A program made the translations under genes and the position numbers. Below, piece after piece: positions 21,045 to 30,422 of a stretch of DNA of 64,000 bases (positions within the stretch are counted from its first letter, which is position 1; every line of letters begins with the position of its first letter). Origin of the DNA: Paramoeba atlantica (taxonomy: Eukaryota; Protista; Discosea); the NCBI GenBank assembly GCA_977017575.1, contig CDRNVI010000004.1, positions 1-64,000 on the forward strand, in the 5' to 3' direction. The notes beneath the pieces were generated by a model. That model ran no database searches. It was not told the origin of the DNA and worked only from the letters and a program-made list of their open reading frames with translations.

Positions 21045-21747
21045 TTTTCTTTTTTAGGCTCTTCGTTAAACGCGGTGGTCGTTTTCAACTTCGAAGTCAC
21101 TCATGATGCGCGCTTCGCGTTGAAAACCACCGCGTTTAACGAAGAGCCTAAAAAAGAAAAATCGTGAAAAGATCATGAATAATCTACTTTTTTGGGGGAA
21201 AAGTTCGATTTTTCGGCAAAAATTGCGAAATTTTACACCGAATTTGGGCCGTTTTGGATGCCTTCCCAGTAGGGGCAGGAGTCGACTCTGTCGAAAAAAG
21301 CGTCGTAGAATGGTAGCTGAGGTCCCAAACTCTCCGAATACGATTTAGGAGTCGATAATAATAATATTTTTACTTTTTTTGGGGTCAAAAAAAAACAATT
21401 GGTCACCCTAAAAATTTCGGAAATTTTGACCTTGTCGGACCCCTCCTGCGTGTACCAGGGTGGGGTACCCCCAGGGGGGCGGTGGAAAATTATCGCCGCG
21501 GCCTACTCTACCACTTCCCTGCGCTCGATTTTAAAAAGCAAAAAATTCGAAAAAAAATTCGCGACGTATACCCCCCCCCCATGGACCCCACATTTTTTTG
21601 AATTTTTTTTTTCAGTTTTGGACCACCGGGGCCCCTTTTTATATTTTTTTCTTCTATTATATTACTGTGTTTCTCTTTATATTTTCACTGTTTTTGTTCA
21701 CTTTTTTTTTATAATCGAGGGTAGAGCGGTAGTTATACAACCACCGC
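21045..21747. mobile_element. P-unit copy B with intact 116-bp terminal palindrome
   Basis: 35-bp perfect inverted repeat (21045-21079 / 21126-21160); 3' hairpin at 21726-21747. Confidence 0.85.
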
Positions 21748-21824
21748 ATTTATTATTACCGAACTGACTTATTAACAATCCTGCGGTAGTTATACAAGAA
21801 ATTAGACATTTTTTTTCACCGTGG

Positions 21825-21882
21825 CCCAGTTAGCGCACGCCCCTCCGGTACCAATTTTGAACCGCGGCGTGCGCTATCTGGG
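21825..21882. other. Hairpin, 17-bp stem (1 mismatch), 24-nt loop
   Basis: cccagttagcgcacgcc / ggcgtgcgctatctggg. Confidence 0.8.
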
Positions 21883-22089
21883 CGTTCCCCTTTTGGATGG
21901 CTACCCCAATTGCCATGATGAGGTAAAATAAATTTTCGCGTCGCTTCGCGGCGTGTGATATGTTAACATGCGATAGTGATTTTCATATTGTAAACATAAT
22001 TTATTATGATACATTGAACAGTTTCAAAAAGCACTTTTCAGCCATTATAGCATCATTTTTCGTATCCAGCATTTAAAAAACTTTGAGGA

Positions 22090-22892
22090 ATGATTGTCAC
22101 CCGCTCGCAAGCACGAGAAGCCGCGGATCGGGGTGAGCCCTAACTCCCCCCAGCACCCCCCGCACGTCATCGCCGAAATCTTGGGCCTCACGACCTACGC
22201 GACAGGTGGAGACGCCTCCAGTCAAAGCCCGGAGGAATGCCAATCAAGAAGATCCAGTCAGCGGCAGCAGCGCAGAATTCTCTTGAACAAATAGTACAGC
22301 AGCTCGCTGCGCAAGTTTCAAATTTATCCTCCCAACTTGCATGAGTACAGTCCTCCTGGGCGAATTGCTAACCTCCTCTTAATCCTCCTGCTAACCTCGT
22401 CTTAATGTCGCCATTTCCATCTCCGCAGAACACGCTGCCACACGAGCGTGTGAGCTGCAACAACGATTTCAGGAACATAGCGTTGCGCAACAATACAGGC
22501 CTGCGGATACCGTTTCAGAACCGCCGCGTCCGACATCTCATGCGCAACGACTACCAACGGTCCGTCCAACGCAAACTGCGGAGCAAACGTCATCGTCCAA
22601 CGTGGATATGCCCACTCCACTGACCGGACAAGAGATACAGGGCAAAATCGATGAAATCGCAGCTATCCTGCGCATTCGCCCGGTAATCATTGAAATCAAG
22701 TGGTACCCGACTGACGGCAGCCCACAAGCAGAAACGTGGCGAGGCACACCACGAATATTTATATACGAGGAAGGCAGAGAGATTATGGAACTAAATAACA
22801 TCTCGGTGGTGCCGCACGCTGGTGCACTGATCATTTCGAAGGCGTACAGTAGGTGGCAGGAGAGCTCCTCTGATGTACAGTACACTGGATAG
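22090..22892 (+). pseudogene. Decayed + strand ORF, possible retroelement gag/ORF1-like remnant
   Basis: Reads MIVTRSQAREAA...*...LEQIVQQLAAQVSNLSSQLA*... then a frameshift into ...DMPTPLTGQEIQGKIDEIAAILRIRPVIIEIKWYPTDGSPQAETWRG... Three in-frame stops and one frameshift; antisense to the polycistron. Confidence 0.4.
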
Positions 22893-22974
22893 TATGCAAA
22901 TATTCGCCGTGCAGGTCGGTGGAGATCAGTGTGGATCAGAAGAGACCGGTAATCATTTTCGAACGCCCAAAGGG

Positions 22975-23287
22975 CCGTAGACCCCCCAGTAATAGAATCC
23001 ATTTTGGACCAAAATGGCCAAATCCTTGTTACTGGGGGGTATACTTTTTGGGTGAGAAAGGACCTTTTTTGTTCATTAGTGCGTTGATTTTCAGACCATC
23101 CAACCCCGCAACCACGCGATTCCCTCCCTCGCAACCGCCCTCACCCCGCCCAAACACCCCTACCCGGCCAAACACCCCCTCCCCCCTCCAACGACCCTCC
23201 CGAGACAAATCCTTGTTACTGGGGGTCAGCCGAGAAAGGGTCAAATCCTTGTTACTGGAGGCAGTCTATTACTGGGGGGGTCTACGG
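22975..23287. mobile_element. ~313-bp MITE with 22-bp TIRs (CCGTAGACCCCCCAGTAATAGA), probable TA target
   Basis: TIRs at 22975-96 and 23265-87 (1 indel). Three internal aaatccttgttact repeats. A paralogous empty site gaacgctcaaagggacTAcctggagactctcc lies at ~23367-23400. Confidence 0.8.
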
Positions 23288-24107
23288 TACCTGCAGACTC
23301 TCCATTGCAGGAGAATTTCAACAGCGGCGAAATCATTCAACAACATCAGCAGCGGTGATGATTTTTGAACGCTCAAAGGGACTACCTGGAGACTCTCCAT
23401 TGCAGGAGAATTTCAACGGCGGCGAAAGTTAGTACAAAAATTCGTATCGCAAAAAATATGCCGCCAGTTATCCCCAGAAAAGTGTTCTTATCCTGTTCGC
23501 ATTCTCTACGCATACGAAAGACCGCGTGATAACTACTGCCGATACAGCACGCATGATGAACCGTCTCTCGGAGAGCTCTGTCTCTGGGAGTGCGTTTTTT
23601 TGAACGAGTGTCACGAAGCGTATACGTGTATGAACACGTTATAGAATATTCCCACGCGCCTCGTTGTAAATTTACAATGCGAGCGTGGAGGTGGGAATAC
23701 TGGGTATGAAGACCTACTTTTCGAGTACTTTTTGGAGTGTAGGCAGGAAAAATTACTATTTTAGACCCATTTTCCACATTGCAAAATCTTAATATTTTCA
23801 GTTTTCCGACTCGTTGGAAACGTTTTCCGGCGAATGTTTTTGTACTTTAAATAGTGTAGAATTTTTTCAGAATGAGATCTTTCGTTGGCAACAAAAATGA
23901 GCTCATACGGCCTCATAAGGTTAAAATGCGAGGCTAATCAGTTTTCGTGGCCCCACTTATACACACTGTATGTGTCCACTGTATGTGGATTGTCATACTC
24001 AGTGCAACACATTTTTGTCGTACTCAGCGTAACAAAAATTTGAAAAATATGGGTGTGTTCCGGATATCAAGATTTTCGCATACTCAGTGTAACATTGTTT
24101 GGGTATT

Positions 24108-25061
24108 CTATGGTGAAAATGTACCCTAAAAGTTTTATTTTTTCATGAAAAAAAATTGAAGAAAAATGTTCTCATATTCATCGCATTCGGTTATTTTATT
24201 GACTGCACCCGTTTTTTCTTGAGTTTTTGATCCGTTCTTCTCTGTATGGATTGTCCGGGGTGCACCACGTTGGCTTGCCTAGTCTTTGTCACTTCAATTT
24301 TGCAAATAATAGCGGAAAATGTCTTTCTCTGGCTAAAGAACCACTGTTTTGGGGCAAATACACCTTGTATTCGCTGCGGAGAGAGGCCTCGTAAAAAGCA
24401 AAGCTTCAAGAAGCTTGAAGATGGCTCTAAATGCTATTTAAACATACCCGAATTTGACCCTTTTTTCCGTTCTAAATCCCAAATAGTCGCCAAATTTCGG
24501 AGTTGGCTGCTGATTGCTCAAGGAAATAGCGCAGTGTACGAAAATGAATCGAATTCATGCGACTCGAACGATATAACTGAAGGCCCTGTTGACATGGATT
24601 CTGATGACCTGAGTGATGACTCCGACCCTGAGGCACCCAGTACACGATTAGGCCGAGCAATGTCGGAGCACATCCGCCTAAAGCGTAGATATGGAATGAC
24701 TGAGATGGGAAATTATAAGTACATGATTCAAGGATCTACGGACCGCCATTATACGATATACATGTACATTGGTACTGGGGGCACTGAATGCACTTGTCCT
24801 GACGGACGTCGCGGTAATAGATGTAAGCATGTTTACTTCGTTTTAATGAAGAAACTCCTTGTCAATGAAGATCACCCAGTTTTTTCGAAATCTGAGTTTA
24901 CGCGTGGTGATCTTAGAGGGCTACGATAATTATTATTGCGTATATGGCGGAAAATCGTCTTAAAGTGTCTTAGAATATCTTGGAATAACCTAAAATCACA
25001 TTCGTTTTTCATTACAACGAAATTTAAAAATTTCTATTTTTAGGGTACATTTTCACCATAG
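24108..25061. mobile_element. Segment bounded by 24-bp perfect inverted repeats, carrying a SWIM-finger ORF
   Basis: ctatggtgaaaatgtaccctaaaa (24108-31) / ttttagggtacattttcaccatag (25038-61), with degenerate outward extension (c.gtgtaa). No clear TSD. Confidence 0.65.
24246..24929 (+). CDS. SWIM zinc-finger protein (ZSWIM2/MEKK1-type SWIM), no RING domain
   Basis: RLGRAMSEHIRL...YMIQGSTDRHYTI...ECTCPDGRRGNRCKHVYFVLMKKL (CxC-x-CxH). 227-aa intact ORF on the antisense strand. Confidence 0.8.
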   Translation: MDCPGCTTLACLVFVTSILQIIAENVFLWLKNHCFGANTPCIRCGERPRKKQSFKKLEDGSKCYLNIPEFDPFFRSKSQIVAKFRSWLLIAQGNSAVYENESNSCDSNDITEGPVDMDSDDLSDDSDPEAPSTRLGRAMSEHIRLKRRYGMTEMGNYKYMIQGSTDRHYTIYMYIGTGGTECTCPDGRRGNRCKHVYFVLMKKLLVNEDHPVFSKSEFTRGDLRGLR

Positions 25062-25231
25062 TTAACCCCATTGTTTTTACACGGACAACAAACCTACTCT
25101 GCCGTTCACAAAGGGTCAGGATCACTTTAACTTTTCTTTGCACCTTCAATTAAATCTGCTTCCCAGCCACCATAGTGACGTCGTGTGATTATTATTTGCG
25201 GGCGATATTTGTATCCGGCTTCGCTTTCGCG

Positions 25232-26407
25232 TTACTTAACCTCCTCGTACAGAAGGTGGGCTAAATAGTATCGAGTAAAAAATGCAAAAAGCGAGCAGAA
25301 AAATTGAAAAATCATTACTACAACAGTAAGAGAACGCTCATGCATGTCTCCCATGACATAAAGCAACGCGTTGAGAAGAGTGTAATTATGAGAGTTCGTT
25401 AGCGCATCTTTTTCCTTGATCCAGCGTGGTACTCGGTGCTTAGGACAGTGCATGATACCAAACAACTGTGGCAAGCTAATAAGAAAATTCAAGATTTGAG
25501 GCACAAAGAACAGTAACATTGTTTTTGGGCATTGGCCAATAAAGGAACTTACGGCAAGAAGCATTCCAGCAAAATATGTGAAGCTGTCTCCAGGAAAAAT
25601 ACGAGCCGGATATTTATTATATTTTAAAAGTGCGAGCGTCGTTGAAATAAACGGAAGCAACAAAGTGAGAGTCAAAGTGAGTTTCGAGGCCTCTTGTTCA
25701 CCTTTGATAAACTGGACAATACAGTGTATTGAAAGGGAAAATGCAATTAGAATAGACTGTCCGGCTTCTACTCCATTCACACCAGCTAAAATATTAATTG
25801 AATTTGCACAGAAGACACAAAGAGACATTAGAACCAAAAGATAGACCCATCCAAGGTTTACACTCTCATGTGAAGGCATGTGAAAAAAAAATCCGAGGAT
25901 GTTGGCAATCAGTCCTCCACGCATTGGTATGGGGAGTAAAAGTGTGGTACTTCCGGAATAACTCGTCACAAGGGGAACAGTGGATAATATCGAGAGAATA
26001 AGTTTATATCGCCAACGGACATCCAGCACATCATCCACAAAGCCAAGAAGAAGCGTCAGGGAAAGAGAGCAAAGTGCGGCGTGTAGCTCTCGAAGTGGGA
26101 TGGAAAAAAATAATGCACATAGAATTATTGTGACAATACAAAAACATCCTGTGATAAGTCCAGCGCTCTCCGGTATGAGGCGCGGAGCAAAAGACACTTG
26201 TTGCAGTAAAAATGCCGTGCTGCGCACGTCACGTAGTTTTCTCAGTCTGTTGAGCTCCTCAGTGGTAATCTTATTAATGTCGATACCATAAATACCGCGC
26301 CTCTTAAGGATCTCACAACACGGAGGAAGAAAGCGGGATGTTAGCTGGTAGCACAAAAGACTAAAAACCGCAAGTGGTAACAAAATATCGAACAGAGGTG
26401 AAGGCAT
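25232..26407 (-). CDS. DPAGT1: UDP-GlcNAc:dolichyl-phosphate GlcNAc-1-phosphate transferase
   Basis: GIYGIDINK, IPESAG, LLGFVDDVLDVRWRYKL, NSINILAGVNGVEAGQS, YPARIFPGDSFTYFAG, PQILNFLISLPQLF, CPKHRVP. Confidence 0.96.
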   Translation of the reverse strand: MPSPLFDILLPLAVFSLLCYQLTSRFLPPCCEILKRRGIYGIDINKITTEELNRLRKLRDVRSTAFLLQQVSFAPRLIPESAGLITGCFCIVTIILCALFFSIPLRELHAALCSLSLTLLLGFVDDVLDVRWRYKLILSILSTVPLVTSYSGSTTLLLPIPMRGGLIANILGFFFHMPSHESVNLGWVYLLVLMSLCVFCANSINILAGVNGVEAGQSILIAFSLSIHCIVQFIKGEQEASKLTLTLTLLLPFISTTLALLKYNKYPARIFPGDSFTYFAGMLLAVSSFIGQCPKTMLLFFVPQILNFLISLPQLFGIMHCPKHRVPRWIKEKDALTNSHNYTLLNALLYVMGDMHERSLTVVVMIFQFFCSLFAFFTRYYLAHLLYEEVK

Positions 26408-26740
26408 GGAGAATTATTTATTAAAATGTACAGGTTTGATCGTAAATATCATATTCAGAGAGTGCTTTACCACCTCATTATTTTTAGGGTTCTGCTGCAC
26501 TAAGTGATTGATTAGTGGGGCGAATAAAGGAATTGTACAGATTTTCTGAACGTGTATGCCATGCAGCATCATGAGTGAAAAAATACAGTGAATATAGTGT
26601 ATGAATATACACGACATGAAGACAACCTTCGCGAACACCTGTGGAGACAACCGAGGTTAAGATCCATGAACAAACTTAACTCAAGTTGAACTACAACAAG
26701 ATCAACTGAAACCCTTTATAAATAAACCTTTCATTGTAGT

Positions 26741-27981
26741 TTACACCGTATCAAGACTTACAAACGAAGGAACGGGTGAAGAAACGATTAGATGCTCATT
26801 CTGCGACAAATTAAGGGAAGTAAGGGAAGGTGGAAGGTTTGAAAAATTCACACGGCCTGAGAAATCATTCGCGCTCAGGGACAGTACTTGTAAACCTGGT
26901 GGAAGGCAACTAAAATCGAGCCCCCCGGACAACTTGTTGTATGAAAGGTTATGATCATACGCTCGTGGCGCAGAGATACGTCTCTCTGTGTGACGGCCGA
27001 TACCATCGGCGCATGACCCGCATACGACGGGTGTCACACAGAGAGTGGAGTGCGAGGTAGGAGACGAGTCGCCCATCGGTCATGCTACAGCACGTATAGC
27101 CATGGTTCATGCTGCAACACGGTCAAGCCGTGGGTTCATGCTGTCAGATGGTCTATCGTGGATCATGATGCATCATGGGGAGGTCCGTTACCGCCGCACT
27201 CGCTACAGCATGTAGGGAGAGAGGGGTGCAAGTTCGCATCCCCTATACACGCATACAACGTGTCCTCCCGCTGTAGCACGCCCAGTGGTCCTCAAAGGAG
27301 GCCACCATGGCGCATAGCTCCCGGGATAAGAAAGCACGAGAAGTAGAGAGCCGGGGAGGGAAGAAAGCTCACTCGAAGAGAGCGAGCCGGGGAGGGGTGA
27401 AGAGTGCGAAGTGCGTCCCCTACTTCCGCGACAAAGAGGGACAGTTCCAGCTAGCCGTCAGCCGGAAACGGGCATTTAAAAGTAAGAATATGCCCGTTTC
27501 CGGGAAAAGAAAGGAAGGGCAACAAGGTACAGATTCGATTTGTGGAGGTAAGACTGTAAGATCTATTTCGCCATGATGAGAATTACACATAACTTCAAAT
27601 TCGATCAAGGAAGCTACGAAGTCAGAGAGACAAATCTGGCCAACCAGCTCGGCCTGCCCAAGTGAAGAAAATTCTTGCACTGTACGGGGCATAAACTTCC
27701 ATGTCAATGGCGGGGCTTTTCCCGTGAATGGCGGGGCTTTGATCAAGTGTACCATTATGAGAACGGATCCAGTATGACCAAAATATCTTACGAATCGCCC
27801 CACTCTTGTCGCACTTAATGCCATGCCACGAGCAAACATCCGCCGCCAACGTCCAGGAAGGATCTGGATTCGTAATATTCCCAACAAAACGTACTTAATC
27901 GTATTCATGAGGCATGGCATTCCCTCGGATTTTCCCTGAACACTGGCGCCCACCGTCTGCGCATCGAAAAATAGAATTCAT
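26741..27981 (-). pseudogene. LRR-family pseudogene (nonsense codon, frameshift, 577-bp insertion)
   Basis: MNSIFRCADGGRQCSGKIRGNAMPHEYD*VRFVGNITNPDPSWTLAADVCSWHGIKCD (TAA at 27897-95). Frameshift near a 14-bp direct repeat at 27706-40. Then ...LPPQIESV|insertion|NLSYNKLSGGLDFSCLPP. Confidence 0.85.
26951..27527. mobile_element. 577-bp non-coding insertion with a T-shaped hairpin at one end and a 14-bp perfect stem at the other
   Basis: Removing it restores in-frame IESV-NLSYN. 13-bp stem 26982-94/27033-45 encloses two small hairpins (gccgat/atcggc, acccg/cgggt). 14-bp stem 27462-75/27490-503. Confidence 0.8.
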
Positions 27982-28159
27982 ACAATCCAAAAGGAGCTAA
28001 TAAAAAGATTGAAATGAGTAACAATATTAAAAGGCTTCTCAAACTATGGGATACAACTCACTGCTGTATACTATTACGTAGTGTGACCAAAAAAAGGTAT
28101 ATTTGACAAAAAATGAAAACAAAATTATTTTCTGCAATTGACTCCTACAACGTATTTTG

Positions 28160-28432
28160 AGTGTTTGGGGCCGGAGCTACCGTTCTCCGACGTTTTTTCT
28201 ATCAGATGTTCCTCCTACCCCTACTTGTGAGGCTCCAAAAACGACCGAAATCTGGAGGGCGGGGGCGGTATTTTTTGGTCTAGAAATTGTATTTTTACAC
28301 CCAAACAATGGACTTTCGTTTCTCCCATTTATTTTCTTTTTTAGTTCCTTCGTTAAACTCAGAGGATTGTTCGTCTCGAAAGTAGTGCCTAAGTTGTAAA
28401 ACAACCACCACTTTTAACGAAGCGAGTAAAAA
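28160..28432. mobile_element. Inverted, degenerate P-unit copy
   Basis: Palindrome remnant ttttcttttttagttccttcgttaaac (28332) ... ttttaacgaagcgagtaaaaa (to 28432). The reverse complement of 28160-200 matches 21295-21330. Confidence 0.7.
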
Positions 28433-28589
28433 TGGAATTTTCAATGTAACTCTACTACATACACGCATTATTACTATACCCTCCCTGCTTTGAACGAAGT
28501 GTAACGATTGCGGTTGTGATGGGGTTGCGCTGGCATATCCTCGATGGAGGTCGTTTGGCGCCTGGGGGGCGTTGGGGGAGGTGTGGGTA

Positions 28590-28870
28590 GGCATGCCCCG
28601 AGTGGGGATAACAGTTAGTACGATAAATCAACACACCCTGCGCCACGATACACCCTGCGCCACGATTTGGTGCTAAGGGCTCTAGCTAAAGCCGTTATGA
28701 GCTCAAATGAGACCCACAGCATACACTTTGATCTCCCAGGTCTCAGGAACCCCCCACATTGGCTTGTCGAGGCCGGGACCCTGCAGCGCCCTGACGCGGT
28801 AGTCTCACTGCAACAAGAGCCCGGCGAGCGCGTGTCGAGAATCAATGGTCTACAGGGTACTACGCGGTAG
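28590..28870 (+). pseudogene. Fragment of a non-LTR retrotransposon restriction-like endonuclease (REL) domain
   Basis: ACP...HTLRHD|LVLRALAKAV...FDLPGLRNPPHWLVEAGTLQRPDAVV (RHxxV and DL..P..RPD motifs). A 17-bp tandem duplication at 28633-66 shifts the frame. Confidence 0.5.
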
Positions 28871-28877
28871 TTATATA

Positions 28878-30250
28878 CAGGGGTGAAAACCTCGTGGTGG
28901 GGGGGGTCTAAAATTCGTAAAAATTATCCAATTTTGGAAAGTAATAGCGCATTCGAGAGATCTCACAGAGTTGTATGTTTTAGCACTATTTGCGGCCTGT
29001 GACTCAACATGAAACGATGAGACAAAAAAAATTATGATTTTGTTTCTTGCCCAAATTTACGTTTTTTCAGTTTTTAGCTGTTTTTCAGTCAATATTAGCA
29101 CTATATGCCCCAGAAACGGATTCGTTCCCGAACCTCACGTGGAGTACTCAGCGACAGGTCCTATTCCTCCCCCGCACGGGTGATACCAAGTCACCGTATG
29201 CTTCTTGTCTCAGATTATCTTGAGACAGGGTCCTATTCTCGGACAGCCCAAAACTTCGGCGTCCACGAAAATACAGTAAAACATCTTGTGATACGCTATG
29301 AGAACACTGGAGACGTGGAAAGCTCTCCTATTTCACGCCCATCTCCTGTCAGTACCCCTGCGCTGCACGAAGCAGCTATCCGCCTCATTGATGAGGGATA
29401 CCGTGACCTCCCGTACGGGACTGAGAACTGGTGTGCACTCCATAGAGTTGTGCTTTCTCTTGGATTTCAGTGTTCAAGACCAACTTTGGTTAACGCCATG
29501 AAGAGCCATGGTATGATCATGCGAACTTTAAAAAGAAAGCCCGCACTGACCGATGAACACAAGAGGAAACGAGTGCATTTTTGTTCTGAGATGCTCACTT
29601 GGTCAGATACCCAACTGAGACAAATTGTTTTCTGCGATGAGAAGAAGTTCACTTGCGGTAGGGGACGAAACAAAATTACTTACCTTTGCCGGAAGACTGA
29701 CCCCGCCAAGGAACAGCAGGGAGAGCTAGAACCTTGGTATCCTTGATAATTGTCCTGTTCATAATTCTGCGCGAACAACCTTTCGCAACGAAGGTATTAA
29801 TGTACTCTCTTGGCCTGCAAAATCCCCCGATTTAAACACCATTGAAAACCTTTGGGGGACCATGGACAGGATCAAAAATGATCTTCGACCCAAGAATCGG
29901 GCTGAATTAGTATCGGCCATTGAGACAGCGTTCGAAAGATTACAATCAGAACGCAAGCAAGAATGTATTAACACGATGAGCAGTTTCCGCAAGCGTTGTC
30001 GCATCGTTATTGAGCGAAACGGGTCTTCCTGTGGGTATTAAGGGTAATGTTTGACCATTTTTTACAGTTTTTCAAATTTGCAAATCGTGTTTTTGACCCT
30101 TCCATCAAAGGGGGGTACCCCCCTAACCCCCGCAAACTGCCTATCTTAAAACATACAACTCTGCGAGAGCTCTCGAACGCGCTATTATTTTCCAAAATTG
30201 GACAAATTTTACGAATTTTAGACCCCCCCACCATGGGATTTTCACCCCTG
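28878..30250 (+). mobile_element. Tc1/IS630-mariner DNA transposon, internally deleted (1373 bp)
   Basis: ~105-bp TIRs starting CAGGGGTGAAAA (about 90% identical), TA at 28876-77 and 30251-52, transposase remnants inside. Confidence 0.95.
29105..30041 (+). pseudogene. Tc1-like transposase, frameshifted and deleted between D1 and D2
   Basis: HTH region, KPALTDEHKRKRVHFC, IVFCDEKKF (D1), stop at 29746. The +1 frame gives GILDNCPVH (D2)...WPAKSPDLNTIENLW (E)...NGSSCGY*. Confidence 0.92.
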
Positions 30251-30422
30251 TATGTATTATCTTTCAAAACCGTGATTCTCCTTCTTGGAACGCGAATGAC
30301 GCTGCGGCGGGTGATGGGGAATGATAGTCGTCGGAAAGCGCGTATTGTGCGCGCATTATTAAGTTCGCTTAATTTTTCCGATGAAGCTTAAATATCTGTA
30401 CTATAAGTAAATGAACACTTAA

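Noticed and set aside
26945-27528. AAGGT as a 5-bp TSD of the 577-bp insertion
   Set aside because: Excision with that TSD removes 579 bp and leaves the LRR out of frame. Removing 577 bp restores IESVNLSYN.
28863-28877. Tc1 inserted into the TA of a P-unit 3' hairpin (left flank gcggtagttaTA)
   Set aside because: The right flank (TAtgtatt) does not continue as caaccaccgc. It would need an extra adjacent deletion, which cannot be shown here.
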